Shown here one piece after another: positions 1 through 9,893 of a stretch of DNA of 40,823 bases. Positions within the stretch are counted from its first letter, which is position 1; every line of letters starts with the position of its first letter. The stretch spans positions 1-40,823 of the forward strand of contig CAYFYE010000008.1 of NCBI GenBank assembly GCA_964347285.1, read 5' to 3'. This stretch comes from an uncultured Acidimicrobiia bacterium (lineage in GTDB: Bacteria; Actinomycetota; Acidimicrobiia; Spongiisociales; JAOTWH01). The notes under the pieces were generated by a model that was not told the origin of the DNA, did no database searches, and was given only the letters and a program-made list of their open reading frames with translations. A program made the translations under genes and the position numbers.

Positions 1-1860
1 CCGGTGCTCATCGGCGAGCCCGGCGTCGGCAAGACCGCCATCGTCGAAGGACTGGCCCAGGGGATCGTGGGCGGCGAGGTTCCCGACACTCTCAAGGGCA
101 AGCAGATCTACACCCTCGACCTGGGGGCCCTGGTGGCCGGTTCCCGCTACCGGGGCGACTTCGAGGAGCGGCTCAAGAAGGTGCTCAAGGAGATCCGGAG
201 CCGAGGCGACATCATCCTGTTCATCGATGAGATTCACACGCTGGTGGGAGCCGGCGCCGCCGAAGGGGCCATCGATGCCGCCAGCATCCTCAAGCCCATG
301 TTGGCCCGCGGCGAGCTGCAGACGATCGGGGCCACGACGCTGGAGGAGTACCGCAAGTACCTGGAAAAGGACTCGGCCCTGGAGCGACGCTTCCAACCCA
401 TCCAGGTGGAGGAGCCGACCGTCGCCGAGACCATCGAGATCCTCACCGGCCTGCGGGACCGGTACGAGTCGCACCACAAGGTCCGCTTCACCGACCAGGC
501 CCTGGTGAGCGCGGCCAACTTCGCCGATCGGTACATCGCCGACCGGTTCCTCCCCGACAAGGCCATCGATCTCATCGACGAGGCGGGCAGCCGGCTGCGC
601 ATCAGGCGCAAGACCATGCCGCCGGAGATCCAGGAGATCGACGGCCGCCTCGAGCAGATGCGCGAAGACAAGGACGAAGCGGTCCAGGCCCAGCAATACG
701 AACGGGCCGCCCAGCTCCGCGACCAGGAGCGCCAGCTCCTCGCCGAGCGGGCGCAACGGGAGCAGGAATTGCTCGGCGCCGAGGCCGATCTGTCGCTGGT
801 CATCGACGAAGAGGAGGTGGCCGAGGTCCTCGCCCAATGGACCGGCATCCCGGTGCACCGCCTCACCGAGGAGGAGACCGCCAAGCTGCTCCGCATGGAA
901 GACGAGCTGCACAAGCGCATCGTCGGCCAGGAGGACGGCATTACCGCAGTCAGCCGGGCCATTCGGCGCACCCGGGCCGGGCTCAAGGATCCCAAGCGGC
1001 CGGCCGGATCGTTCATCTTCCTGGGGCCGTCCGGTGTGGGCAAGACCGAGACCGCCAAGGCCCTCGCCGAGTTCCTCTTCGGCGACGAGGACGCCCTCAT
1101 CCAGCTCGACATGTCGGAGTACATGGAGAAGCACACGGTGAGCCGCTTGGTCGGCTCCCCACCCGGCTACGTCGGCTACGACGAGGGTGGCCAGCTGACC
1201 GAGGCGGTGCGCCGCAAGCCGTTCTCGGTGGTGCTCTTCGACGAGATCGAGAAGGCCCACCCCGACGTCTTCAACACGCTGCTCCAGATCCTCGAAGACG
1301 GCCGCCTCACCGACGCCCAGGGCCGCTCGGTGGACTTCAAGAACACCGTCATCATCATGACCTCCAACCTGGGCACCGCCGATCTCCGCAAGAAGGCGAT
1401 CGGTTTCGCCGAGGAGAGCGACGCCCTCTCGTACGAGAAGATGAAGGAGAAGGTCACCGACGCCCTCAAGCAGCACTTCCGGCCCGAGTTCCTCAACCGC
1501 ATCGACGAGGTGATCGTCTTCCACGAGCTGACGGTCGAAGAGGTCAAGCGCATCGTCGACCTCATGCTCCAGCGGGTCCGGGAGCAGCTGACCTCACAGG
1601 GCCTCGACTTGGCGCTCACCGACGAGGGTAAGGAGCTCTTGGCCACCAAGGGTTACGATCCGCAACTGGGCGCGCGCCCACTACGCCGGGCCATCCAGCG
1701 CATGCTCGAGGATCCGCTCTCCGAGAAGGTCCTGTTCAAGGAGTTCCCGGCCGGGGCGACGGTGCTGGTCGACGTCGATGAAGAAGAGCCCGAGCAGCTG
1801 GGCTTTTCGGCCGTGGAGGCCCCCGATCAGCCGCCGCTGGAGATGGCCGAAGAGGCCTGA
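1..1860 (+). CDS. clpC: ATP-dependent Clp protease ATP-binding subunit ClpC (5'-truncated by window edge)
   Basis: Two Walker A motifs ([16 protein letters not shown]), Walker B LFIDEIH/LFDEIEK, short UVR-like middle domain, GARPLRR; frame is open from base 1. Confidence 0.95.
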   Translation, partial: PVLIGEPGVGKTAIVEGLAQGIVGGEVPDTLKGKQIYTLDLGALVAGSRYRGDFEERLKKVLKEIRSRGDIILFIDEIHTLVGAGAAEGAIDAASILKPMLARGELQTIGATTLEEYRKYLEKDSALERRFQPIQVEEPTVAETIEILTGLRDRYESHHKVRFTDQALVSAANFADRYIADRFLPDKAIDLIDEAGSRLRIRRKTMPPEIQEIDGRLEQMREDKDEAVQAQQYERAAQLRDQERQLLAERAQREQELLGAEADLSLVIDEEEVAEVLAQWTGIPVHRLTEEETAKLLRMEDELHKRIVGQEDGITAVSRAIRRTRAGLKDPKRPAGSFIFLGPSGVGKTETAKALAEFLFGDEDALIQLDMSEYMEKHTVSRLVGSPPGYVGYDEGGQLTEAVRRKPFSVVLFDEIEKAHPDVFNTLLQILEDGRLTDAQGRSVDFKNTVIIMTSNLGTADLRKKAIGFAEESDALSYEKMKEKVTDALKQHFRPEFLNRIDEVIVFHELTVEEVKRIVDLMLQRVREQLTSQGLDLALTDEGKELLATKGYDPQLGARPLRRAIQRMLEDPLSEKVLFKEFPAGATVLVDVDEEEPEQLGFSAVEAPDQPPLEMAEEA

Positions 1861-1989
1861 TCTCAGCCCAATTGGCCTGACAGGTTCTGCCGCCTGGACG
1901 TTTTTTCCGCCTGGTCGTAGGATGGCAGTGTCCCCTTTGGGGTAAACAGCGGAGAGATCATCAACGATCCATGAGGAGGGAATTCTGTC

Positions 1990-3240
1990 ATGACGCGTAA
2001 GAAAGGCGCGCTGGTCGCGCTGATCGCCGTCTTCGCTCTCATCGCGGCCGCCTGCGGCGACACCGCCGAGACGACCACCTCGGCGCCCCCCGAGACGGCG
2101 GCGCCGGCGACGACGGCAGCACCGGAGACGACGGCTCCTCCCGAGACCGAGGCTCCGGAAGAAACGATGGCCGAGGAGACCACCACCACCGAGGCGATGG
2201 CCGAGGAAGTGTTGGCCTGTCAGGTGAGCGACGTGGGGGGCATCGACGACAAGAGCTTCAACGAGACCGCTTGGCGAGGCGCCCTGCAGGCGGAGGAAGA
2301 GCTCGAGGGGGTCACCGCCGAGTTCCTCGAGTCGCAGGCGGCCACCGACTACCGGCCCAACATCGACTCGTTCATCGGCCAGGGCTGTGACCTCATCACG
2401 ACCGTCGGCTTCCTGCTCGCCGACGACACCGGGGCCGCGGCTGCGGACAACCCGGACCAGCTCTTCGCCATCATCGACTTCCCGGTCGGGGACTTCCCGC
2501 CCTGGTGCGTTGGTGAAGTGGATCCGGGAGAGGACGGTGAAGCGGGTACGGCCGACGACACGTGTGGTGGCGATTTCACCACCAACGTGCGCGGCATCAC
2601 GTTCTCGACCGACGAGGCGGCCTTCCTCGCCGGCTACTTGGCGGCGGGGATGACCGACAGCGGGGTCATCGGTACCTTCGGCGGTATCAACATTCCCCCC
2701 GTGACGATCTTCATGAATGGCCTGGTCCGCGGCGTCGACTTCTACAACGCCGAGAAGGGCACGGACGTCACGGTGATCGGCTGGGACGTGGACAGTCAGG
2801 AAGGCTTGTTCACCGGCAACTTCGAGAGCCTCGAAGACGGCCGAGCCTTCGGGCAGAACCTGCTCGACGAGGGCGCCGACATCATGCTGCCGGTGGCCGG
2901 TCCCGTCGGGCTGGGCACGGCGGCCCTCTGCCAGGAGACCGACCTCTGCATCATGATCGGTGTCGACACCGATCAGTTCGTGTCGGCTCCCGAGTTCGGT
3001 CCGGTGTGGCTGACGTCGATCGAGAAGAAGATGGATGTGGCGGTGTTCGACACCATCAGCAACGTGCAGTCGGTGGGCGACATCGGAGATGCGTTCAACG
3101 GCACACTCGAGAACGGCGGAGTGGCCATCTCCCCGTTCCACGACTTCGATGGTGACGTCTCGCAGGAGCTGAAGGACGAGTTGACCCAACTCGAAGCGGA
3201 CATCATCGCCGGTACGGTTTCCGTCACCGGCGAGGCCTAG
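1990..3240 (+). CDS. BMP-family ABC transporter substrate-binding lipoprotein (nucleoside type)
   Basis: SD GAGGAGG upstream, lipobox IAAAC, T/A/P/E-rich linker, GGIDDKSFN, IMLPVAG and IGVDTDQ BMP motifs. Confidence 0.92.
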   Translation: MTRKKGALVALIAVFALIAAACGDTAETTTSAPPETAAPATTAAPETTAPPETEAPEETMAEETTTTEAMAEEVLACQVSDVGGIDDKSFNETAWRGALQAEEELEGVTAEFLESQAATDYRPNIDSFIGQGCDLITTVGFLLADDTGAAAADNPDQLFAIIDFPVGDFPPWCVGEVDPGEDGEAGTADDTCGGDFTTNVRGITFSTDEAAFLAGYLAAGMTDSGVIGTFGGINIPPVTIFMNGLVRGVDFYNAEKGTDVTVIGWDVDSQEGLFTGNFESLEDGRAFGQNLLDEGADIMLPVAGPVGLGTAALCQETDLCIMIGVDTDQFVSAPEFGPVWLTSIEKKMDVAVFDTISNVQSVGDIGDAFNGTLENGGVAISPFHDFDGDVSQELKDELTQLEADIIAGTVSVTGEA

Positions 3241-3256
3241 CCGAGCATAGGCCGAG

Positions 3257-3302
3257 GATGAACACGACCCCCTCCGGGAACCCCGGGGGGGGTCGGTTCG
3301 TC
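3257..3302 (+). terminator. Long GC-rich stem-loop between the BMP and ATPase genes (attenuator/mRNA stabiliser)
   Basis: CGACCCCCTCCGGG (3265-3278) pairs with CCCGGGGGGGGTCG (3282-3295), extended by GATGAAC/GTTCGTC. Confidence 0.6.
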
Positions 3303-3354
3303 TAGGCTGGCCGGAAGTCGCTCCCGGCAGGCACGCCGGAAGGAAGGAAGTTCG

Positions 3355-4863
3355 TTGAGGCTGGAGCTCCGCGGCATCACCAAGCGGTTCCCCGGCGTGC
3401 TCGCCAACGACTCCGTCGACCTCAGCGTGGAGACCGGGGAGATCCTGGGCCTGCTCGGCGAGAACGGGGCCGGCAAGACCACGCTGATGAACATCCTCTA
3501 CGGCCTGTACACCGCCGACTCCGGCGAGATCCTCATCGACGGCCGACCGCAGCGGTTCGACTCACCGGGAGATGCCATCGAGGCCGGCATCGGGATGGTT
3601 CACCAGCACTTCATGCTGGTGCCCGTCTTCACAGTTGCCGAAAACGTGGTGCTTGGGGTGGAGCCCACCGTAGGGGCAGGTGTGCTCGACCTCCGCAAGG
3701 CGCGTAGCGATGTGCGCGAGATCTCCACCCGCCACGGCCTGGCGGTGGATCCGGACGTCGTGATCGAGGATCTTCCGGTCGGCGTGCAGCAGCGGGTGGA
3801 GATCATCAAGGTGCTCTTTCGGGAGGCGCAGTTCCTCGTGTTCGATGAGCCCACTGCGGTGCTCACCCCGCAGGAAGTAGAGGAGTTCTTCGGGATCCTC
3901 CGTTCGCTGCGGGACGCCGGCAAGGCGATCATCTTCATCACCCACAAGCTGAAAGAGACCCTCGAGATCGCCGACCGCATCTCGGTGCTACGCCGGGGGC
4001 GCAATGTGGGTGAAGTGGCCCCCGAGGAGGCCAGCGAGGAGCACCTCGCCGAGATGATGGTGGGCCGGCCGGTGGAGCTGGAAGTGGAGAAGGCCCCGGC
4101 CAGCCCGGGCGAGCCGGTGCTCGAGGTGGAGGATCTCGTCGTTCTCGACGAGCGCAGTCACCGTGCCGTCGACGGCGTGAGCTTCCAGGTGAGCGCCGGC
4201 GAAATCGTCGGCATCGCCGGCGTTCAGGGCAACGGCCAGACCGAACTGGTCGCCGCCCTCACCGGCCTGACCCCGCCCTTGTCCGGCTCGGTGAAGATCT
4301 CCGGGGTCGATGTCACCGGTGCTTCGCCTCGCTTCATCCACAAGCAAAGCGTGGCCCACGTGCCCGAGGACCGCATGCGCAGCGGCCTCGTGCTCAACTT
4401 CACGGTGGCCGAGAACATGGTCCTCGACAATTACCACGATCATCCCTATTCGAAGGGCATCGCCATGGACTGGGGAGAGAGCCGCCGAGCCGCCACCCGT
4501 CTGGTCGAGGAGTACGACGTGCGCACTCCCTCGATCGAGGCACCGATGTCGACCCTGTCCGGCGGCAACCAGCAGAAGGTGATCGTGGCCCGTGAGTTCG
4601 GCCGGGAAGTCAAGCTGGTCGTCGGCTCCCAGCCCACCCGCGGTCTGGACGTCGGCTCGATCGAGTACATCCATGAGCGCATCGTCCAGGAGCGCGACCA
4701 GGGGGCCGCGCTCCTCATCGTCTCCACCGAGCTCGACGAGGTCATGGCGCTCTCGGACCGCATCCTGGTGATGTACCGCGGAAAGATCGTCGCCGAGGTG
4801 CGGCCCGAGGAGACGAGCCCCTCCGAGGTCGGCCTGTTCATGGCAGGGGCTTCGCCCTCGTGA
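3355..4863 (+). CDS. ABC transporter ATP-binding protein (tandem NBD, nucleoside/simple-sugar family)
   Basis: GENGAGKT, LSGGNQQK, QPTRGLDVG; TTG start after a purine-rich SD. Confidence 0.93.
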   Translation: MRLELRGITKRFPGVLANDSVDLSVETGEILGLLGENGAGKTTLMNILYGLYTADSGEILIDGRPQRFDSPGDAIEAGIGMVHQHFMLVPVFTVAENVVLGVEPTVGAGVLDLRKARSDVREISTRHGLAVDPDVVIEDLPVGVQQRVEIIKVLFREAQFLVFDEPTAVLTPQEVEEFFGILRSLRDAGKAIIFITHKLKETLEIADRISVLRRGRNVGEVAPEEASEEHLAEMMVGRPVELEVEKAPASPGEPVLEVEDLVVLDERSHRAVDGVSFQVSAGEIVGIAGVQGNGQTELVAALTGLTPPLSGSVKISGVDVTGASPRFIHKQSVAHVPEDRMRSGLVLNFTVAENMVLDNYHDHPYSKGIAMDWGESRRAATRLVEEYDVRTPSIEAPMSTLSGGNQQKVIVAREFGREVKLVVGSQPTRGLDVGSIEYIHERIVQERDQGAALLIVSTELDEVMALSDRILVMYRGKIVAEVRPEETSPSEVGLFMAGASPS

Positions 4864-6113
4864 GCGACAACACCAACGAGCGCCTCGAGGTAGAGGCCCC
4901 GCCAGAGGAGGGCGTGCCGGGCCCTCCGCCGCGATCGCGATGGTCGCAGTTCTTCGCCGATCTCGTCGGGCTCGAAGTGGACTGGCGGGGGGCGATCGTG
5001 GTGCCGATCCTGGCCACCATCACCGCCCTGCTCGTCGGCGGATTCATCATTCTCGTCACCGACCTCGAGCTCTGGCGAAACTTCGGCACCGAGGCCCTTG
5101 GGGACACGTTCGGCGAGATCGGGGACTCGTACGTCGCCCTGTTCACCGGGTCGGTCGGAGGGCTGAGGGCGATCTCGGAGACCCTGACGGCAGCCGCGCC
5201 GCTGATCCTTGCCGGTCTGGCGGTCGGCATCGGGTTTCGGGCCGGGTTGTTCAACATCGGCGCCGAGGGTCAGATGCTCATCGGAGGTATGGCCGCGGCC
5301 TATGTCGGCTTCACCCTCGACCTGCCGATCGTGATCCACCTACCCCTGGTGCTTCTGGCCGGCATGGTCGGTGGCGCGATCTACGCAGGAATCGCCGGCT
5401 TGCTCCGGGCCAAGACCGGTGCCCACGAGGTCATCACCACGATCATGCTCAACAACATCGCCGGGTTTCTCATCGTCTACCTGCTCAAGACCTCCTTCTT
5501 CCAGGCTCCGGGCCGGGACGACCCGGTATCGCGGACCGTCGAAGTGTCGGGCCGCTTGCCGCGGCTGTTGGGCTTCCTCTCGGACGTCCGACCCGCTTCC
5601 GACATTCGGGTCCACGCCGGGATCATCGTGGCGCTCCTCGCCGCCTGGTTCATCTACTGGCTGCTGTTCCGTTCCACTGTGGGGTTCGAGTTCCGGGCCG
5701 TTGGCTACAACCCCGACGCCGCTCGCTACGCCGGCATGAACGTCACCTGGCTGTACGTGGCGGTGATGGCGGTCGCCGGCGCCATGGCCGGCCTCGCCGG
5801 GGTCTCCCAGATCAGCGGGGTGCTGTACCGCGGCAGCCCGGGCTTCTCCGCAGGCATCGGCTTCGAGGCGATCGCGCTTGCTCTCCTGGGCAGATCGCAC
5901 CCGGCCGGTATCGTTTTGGCAGGGCTGCTCTTCGGGGGGCTGCGGGCCGGGGGGTTGGAGATGCAAGTGGCCACCGAGGTCCCCATCGACCTCATCCTGG
6001 TGATCCAGGCCCTGGTGGTCGTCTTCATCGCCGCTCCGGCCCTGATCCGGGCCATCTACCGGGTGCGCACCGGTGAAGGAGCCGGGCTGCTGACGAAGGG
6101 CTGGGCGGCGTGA
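4860..6113 (+). CDS. ABC transporter permease (nucleoside type)
   Basis: FNIGAEGQ, HEVITTIMLN, NPDAARYAG motifs; multi-TM; GTGA overlap with previous gene. Confidence 0.92.
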   Translation: MSDNTNERLEVEAPPEEGVPGPPPRSRWSQFFADLVGLEVDWRGAIVVPILATITALLVGGFIILVTDLELWRNFGTEALGDTFGEIGDSYVALFTGSVGGLRAISETLTAAAPLILAGLAVGIGFRAGLFNIGAEGQMLIGGMAAAYVGFTLDLPIVIHLPLVLLAGMVGGAIYAGIAGLLRAKTGAHEVITTIMLNNIAGFLIVYLLKTSFFQAPGRDDPVSRTVEVSGRLPRLLGFLSDVRPASDIRVHAGIIVALLAAWFIYWLLFRSTVGFEFRAVGYNPDAARYAGMNVTWLYVAVMAVAGAMAGLAGVSQISGVLYRGSPGFSAGIGFEAIALALLGRSHPAGIVLAGLLFGGLRAGGLEMQVATEVPIDLILVIQALVVVFIAAPALIRAIYRVRTGEGAGLLTKGWAA

Positions 6114-7438
6114 CGGCGGCCACTGCAACGGCCACGACCGAGATCGAGATTCGTACGCCGGCCCAAATCCGGCGAGCTCGCTACCTCGGTATCACCTACT
6201 TGTTGTCGGCAGTCTTCGTGCTCTGGGCCTTCGCCTTGGGCAGTGTGGGGGAGGGAGATGCAACCTTCGGGCTGGCCCGCGCCCAAGATCCGTCCTTCCC
6301 CGATGTCACCTTCAGCGCCTCTTTCATGGGATTCGCCGTCTCGGCAGTCCTCGCCTCGCTGGGCGGGATCCAGTTGGCCCGAGGATTCGGCAAGTGGTCC
6401 AACCTGGTGTTGGCCTTCGGCTTCATTCTCTTCGTGTTTGCCTTCCTGGGATGGGCCACCGCCCAGAGCTCGGTCGGGTCTTTCAGCCTCATCGGAATGC
6501 TGCAAGCGACCATCGTGCGCAGCGTCCCGATAACACTCGGAGCGCTGTCAGGGGTCCTGTGCGAGCGAGTTGCCGTCATCAACATCGCCATCGAGGGAAT
6601 GCTCCTCGGCGGAGCCTTCGTCGCCGTGCTGGTCTCGTCGCTGCTCACCGGTGAGAACGACTTCCAGATCCTCGGTGCGCCGGTGGGCGGCTGGATCGGG
6701 GTGGGCGCCGCCGCCCTCAGCGGGGCCGCCTTGTCGTGGGTGCTGGCGGTGCTATCCATCAAGTACCGCGTCGACCAGATCATCGTCGGCGTGGTCATCA
6801 ACATCTTCGTGCTCGGCCTCACCTCGTTCCTCACCCTCCGGGTCCTCGCCGAGAACCAACACCTCAACAGCGGACCGATCTTCGAGCCGCTCAAGATTCC
6901 GGGCCTGGGCGATATTCCCCTGATCGGCCCGGTTCTCTTCAACCACACGGTCTTCATCTACGCCATGTTCATCCTGGTGGCGAGCCTCACCTTTGGGCTC
7001 TTCCGCACTCGTTGGGGGCTGCGGGCCCGGGCCGTCGGCGAGCACCCGCGGGCCGCCGACACCCTGGGCGTGAACGTATACCGCATGCGTTACTTGAACG
7101 TGCTGATGGGCGGGCTGATGGCCGGGTTCGGGGGGGCCTGGTTCACGCTGGGATCCGTGGGCCGGTTTGACGAAAACATGACCAACGGTCGAGGCTTCAT
7201 CGGCCTGGCAGCGATGATCTTCGGTCGCTGGCACCCGGTGGGGGCAATATCGGCCGGCTTGGTGTTCGGCTTCGCCGACGCCCTCCAGCAGAAGCTGGGC
7301 ATCCTGCAGACTCCGATCCCCTCCGAGTTCCTGGGGATGGCCCCCTTCATCGCCACGATCCTGGTCGTGGCCGGGCTCGTGGGCAGGGCCCGCCCGCCCG
7401 CCGCCGACGGCCAGCCGTATATCAAGGAAGGGGAGTAG
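6110..7438 (+). CDS. ABC transporter permease (nucleoside type)
   Basis: INIAIEGM, GLRARAVGEHPRAADTLG, GRGFIGLAAMIFGRW; GTGA overlap. Confidence 0.92.
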   Translation: MTAATATATTEIEIRTPAQIRRARYLGITYLLSAVFVLWAFALGSVGEGDATFGLARAQDPSFPDVTFSASFMGFAVSAVLASLGGIQLARGFGKWSNLVLAFGFILFVFAFLGWATAQSSVGSFSLIGMLQATIVRSVPITLGALSGVLCERVAVINIAIEGMLLGGAFVAVLVSSLLTGENDFQILGAPVGGWIGVGAAALSGAALSWVLAVLSIKYRVDQIIVGVVINIFVLGLTSFLTLRVLAENQHLNSGPIFEPLKIPGLGDIPLIGPVLFNHTVFIYAMFILVASLTFGLFRTRWGLRARAVGEHPRAADTLGVNVYRMRYLNVLMGGLMAGFGGAWFTLGSVGRFDENMTNGRGFIGLAAMIFGRWHPVGAISAGLVFGFADALQQKLGILQTPIPSEFLGMAPFIATILVVAGLVGRARPPAADGQPYIKEGE

Positions 7439-7519
7439 GCCCGCCTCCGGAACGCCTGGCGACCACGCGTGGGCGCGCCCTCCGCTCCCGTTTCGGGGTA
7501 CAAGCGGCCCGACCCGCTT

Positions 7520-8365
7520 CTAGCCGGCGGCCTCGCTCACCGGGCGGCCGAAGAACTTGACCTCCTGGAGGGCCAGCTCCCGGAAGGGCAGATTGCCCTC
7601 CCACGGCTCGGCGGCGTAGGTGCTGATCACCCTCATGGTGAGCTCGCGGGTCTCGACGCTGGGAACCGTGATGAACTGAGCCTCGGTGGTGTCCTCCAGG
7701 GTCCCCGAGGTGACGGTGGGCAAGTCATCGATCTCGATCTCGTAGTCCCGAATCCGATAGTTGCGGTGAAAGCGTTCCTCCTCGGCCACGTTCTGAACGG
7801 TGATTTGCGTGATCTGCACCGGTTCGGCAAACGTGAACGTGAGAAAGGCCGGTCCCCCGGTCTGCTGGGTATCGTTCCAGGAGTTGGTGGGGTCGGAGTC
7901 GATGAGGGCGGTGGCCGGGAACCCCGGTAGCTCGCTCGAAGCAGTGACGCTGGACACGGTGAGCTCCTCGATGGCCTGAACCGGCAGAGAGGTAGGCGCA
8001 GCCGTGTCGGTGGGGGCGGCCGTATCGGTCCCGGCGTCACCGCCTCGGAACAGGTTGACGAGCAGAGCTACGAGTGCCACGGCCAGGATGACCCCGGCCA
8101 GGACCATCAGCGCCCTGGCGCCGGCGGTCGTGCGCAACATGGGTTCGGGCGCCACCGGCAGCGGGCCCTGGGCGATACGGGCTCCGCACGCCTCGCAGTG
8201 GCGATTGTGGGCCGGGTTGGCCGTGCCGCAGGAGGGGCAGGCCACCATCGGGGCGTCCTCGATCAGTTCTGGAGCTTCGGCTTCGGCGCCTTCGGGCGGC
8301 GCCTCCTCGTCGAGCTCGAATGGCTCGAAAAGGTCGTCGAAGGAGTCGATCTTTTCGTCGTCCAA
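7520..8365 (-). CDS. Zinc-ribbon + single TM + discoidin/F5-8-like (glycan-binding-type) domain protein
   Basis: CPSC...CEAC zinc ribbon, hydrophobic helix, DTAAPT duplicated linker, ASSEL...ALID.DP.NSW discoidin-like motif; TTG start after AGAGGAA. Confidence 0.7.
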   Translation of the reverse strand: MDDEKIDSFDDLFEPFELDEEAPPEGAEAEAPELIEDAPMVACPSCGTANPAHNRHCEACGARIAQGPLPVAPEPMLRTTAGARALMVLAGVILAVALVALLVNLFRGGDAGTDTAAPTDTAAPTSLPVQAIEELTVSSVTASSELPGFPATALIDSDPTNSWNDTQQTGGPAFLTFTFAEPVQITQITVQNVAEEERFHRNYRIRDYEIEIDDLPTVTSGTLEDTTEAQFITVPSVETRELTMRVISTYAAEPWEGNLPFRELALQEVKFFGRPVSEAAG

Positions 8366-8425
8366 GGGCTTCCTCTAATCGGGGCTACGGGCCCCAGTGT
8401 GGCCCTGAGTATTCTGCCACGATCC

Positions 8426-8554
8426 ATGCTGCCTGTCGTAGCGGTGCGGACGGCCCAGGAGTGGACGTGGTCGGGAATCCTGGCTGCCGTCGTACTCGCC
8501 GTCTTCGTGATCGGAGTCGCGGTGTGGGCCATTCGTGTCACACCGCGCCGGTAG
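8426..8554 (+). CDS. Small single-pass membrane protein (42 aa)
   Basis: MLPVVAVRTAQEWTWSGILAAVVLAVFVIGVAVWAIRVTPRR fills the gap before radA; one clear TM helix with basic C-tail; TATTCT -10-like box upstream. Confidence 0.5.
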   Translation: MLPVVAVRTAQEWTWSGILAAVVLAVFVIGVAVWAIRVTPRR

Positions 8555-8567
8555 CGTCACGGCCGGT

Positions 8568-9878
8568 ATGGGATACGGCTGCGACGCGTGTGACTATCGC
8601 AGCGCCCGGTGGCTCGGTTTCTGTCCTCGGTGCGGAGCCCAGCACGGCTTGTCGGAGATCCCTGAGAAGGCTTCCCGGCCGGCGCTTCGACACTCTCTGT
8701 CCGAGGTGCCCGTCGAGGCCGAGTCCCATCGGCCGACGGGGCTGGGCGAATTCGACCGGGTGCTGGGCGGCGGCCTCGTGCCCGGAGTGGCCGTGCTGCT
8801 GGCGGGTGAGCCCGGGGTTGGCAAGTCGACGTTGCTCTTGGGCGTGGCCGGGCAGGTTGCCCGGCACAACCGAGCTGTACTGGTGGCCTCGGGGGAAGAG
8901 TCCGTCGAACAGGTGGGCCTGCGGGCCCGCCGGCTGGGCATCGCCGAGCCAGGTGTCTGCCTGGTTTCGGATCGGGATACCGATGCAGTCCTCTCGGCGG
9001 CCCGCGCGTTGGCCCCGGCGGTCTTGATGGTCGACTCGGTGCAGACTCTGGGGGACGGCAAGGATCCGGCAGGGGCCGGAAGCGTCACCCAGGTGCGTCG
9101 AGCGGCCCAGGCCCTGATCGAATTTGCCAAGGGCACGGCCACTGCGGTGATCGTCGTCGGACACGTCACCAAGGATGGCGGCATTGCCGGCCCCAAGCTG
9201 CTCGAGCACATGGTCGACGTCGTGCTGTATCTGGAGGGCGACCATCAACGGGGATTACGGGTATTACGGTGCTTGAAGAACCGGTTCGGGGTCACCAACC
9301 ACGTCGGACTCTTCGAGCTCGGCGATGAAGGTCTCCGCCCCGTGGTCGATCCATCAAAGGCGCTGGTGGGCGACTGGCGGGGCGATGTGCCGGGCACGGT
9401 GGTATTCCCGGCCGTCGAGGGCAATCGACCCGTCCTCGTCGAGATCCAGGCGCTGGTTTCCGATTCGGTGAGCCCCAATCCCAGGCGCAGTGTCCGAGGA
9501 ATGGAGGCGGCCCGCGTCCATCAACTGCTGGCGGTGCTGGAGCGTCACGGCGGGCTGTCCTTTGCCGGGCGCGACGTCTACGTTGCCGTGGCCGGCGGAC
9601 TCCGGGCCCGGGAGCCGGGCGCCGACCTGCCCACCGCCCTGGCGCTGGCCTCGTCACTCACCTCGGTTCCGCTGGGCCGTACCGCCGCCTGGGGCGAGGT
9701 CGGCCTCACCGGGGAGCTGCGCGGTGTTCCCCACCAGGAGTGGCGAACCGAGGAGGCGAACCGCCTCGGCATCGGATCGGTACTCTCGCCGGACCGGGCC
9801 TGCCCACGCATGGAATCGGCGCTGGAAGCGGCCGGACTGATGGGCGATCGAGCCGGCCTTCGCCGGGAGGCCGTGTAG
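8568..9878 (+). CDS. radA: DNA repair protein RadA/Sms
   Basis: CDAC/CPRC zinc finger, GEPGVGKS, KNRFG motif, Lon-like C-terminal domain; start moved to ATG 8568. Confidence 0.95.
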   Translation: MGYGCDACDYRSARWLGFCPRCGAQHGLSEIPEKASRPALRHSLSEVPVEAESHRPTGLGEFDRVLGGGLVPGVAVLLAGEPGVGKSTLLLGVAGQVARHNRAVLVASGEESVEQVGLRARRLGIAEPGVCLVSDRDTDAVLSAARALAPAVLMVDSVQTLGDGKDPAGAGSVTQVRRAAQALIEFAKGTATAVIVVGHVTKDGGIAGPKLLEHMVDVVLYLEGDHQRGLRVLRCLKNRFGVTNHVGLFELGDEGLRPVVDPSKALVGDWRGDVPGTVVFPAVEGNRPVLVEIQALVSDSVSPNPRRSVRGMEAARVHQLLAVLERHGGLSFAGRDVYVAVAGGLRAREPGADLPTALALASSLTSVPLGRTAAWGEVGLTGELRGVPHQEWRTEEANRLGIGSVLSPDRACPRMESALEAAGLMGDRAGLRREAV

Positions 9879-9893
9879 TAGCCTCGCCGCGGG

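Noticed and set aside
1861..1989. Possible purine or other riboswitch ahead of the nucleoside ABC operon
   Set aside because: Leader after the TAGGAT box is short, with only two small hairpins and no recognisable aptamer consensus
2060..2205. Repetitive GAGACGACG/ACCACC tracts
   Set aside because: They encode the T/A/P/E-rich lipoprotein linker; not CRISPR or a DNA-level repeat element
1681..3189. 502-aa minus-strand ORF
   Set aside because: Antisense shadow of the BMP lipoprotein and the clpC end
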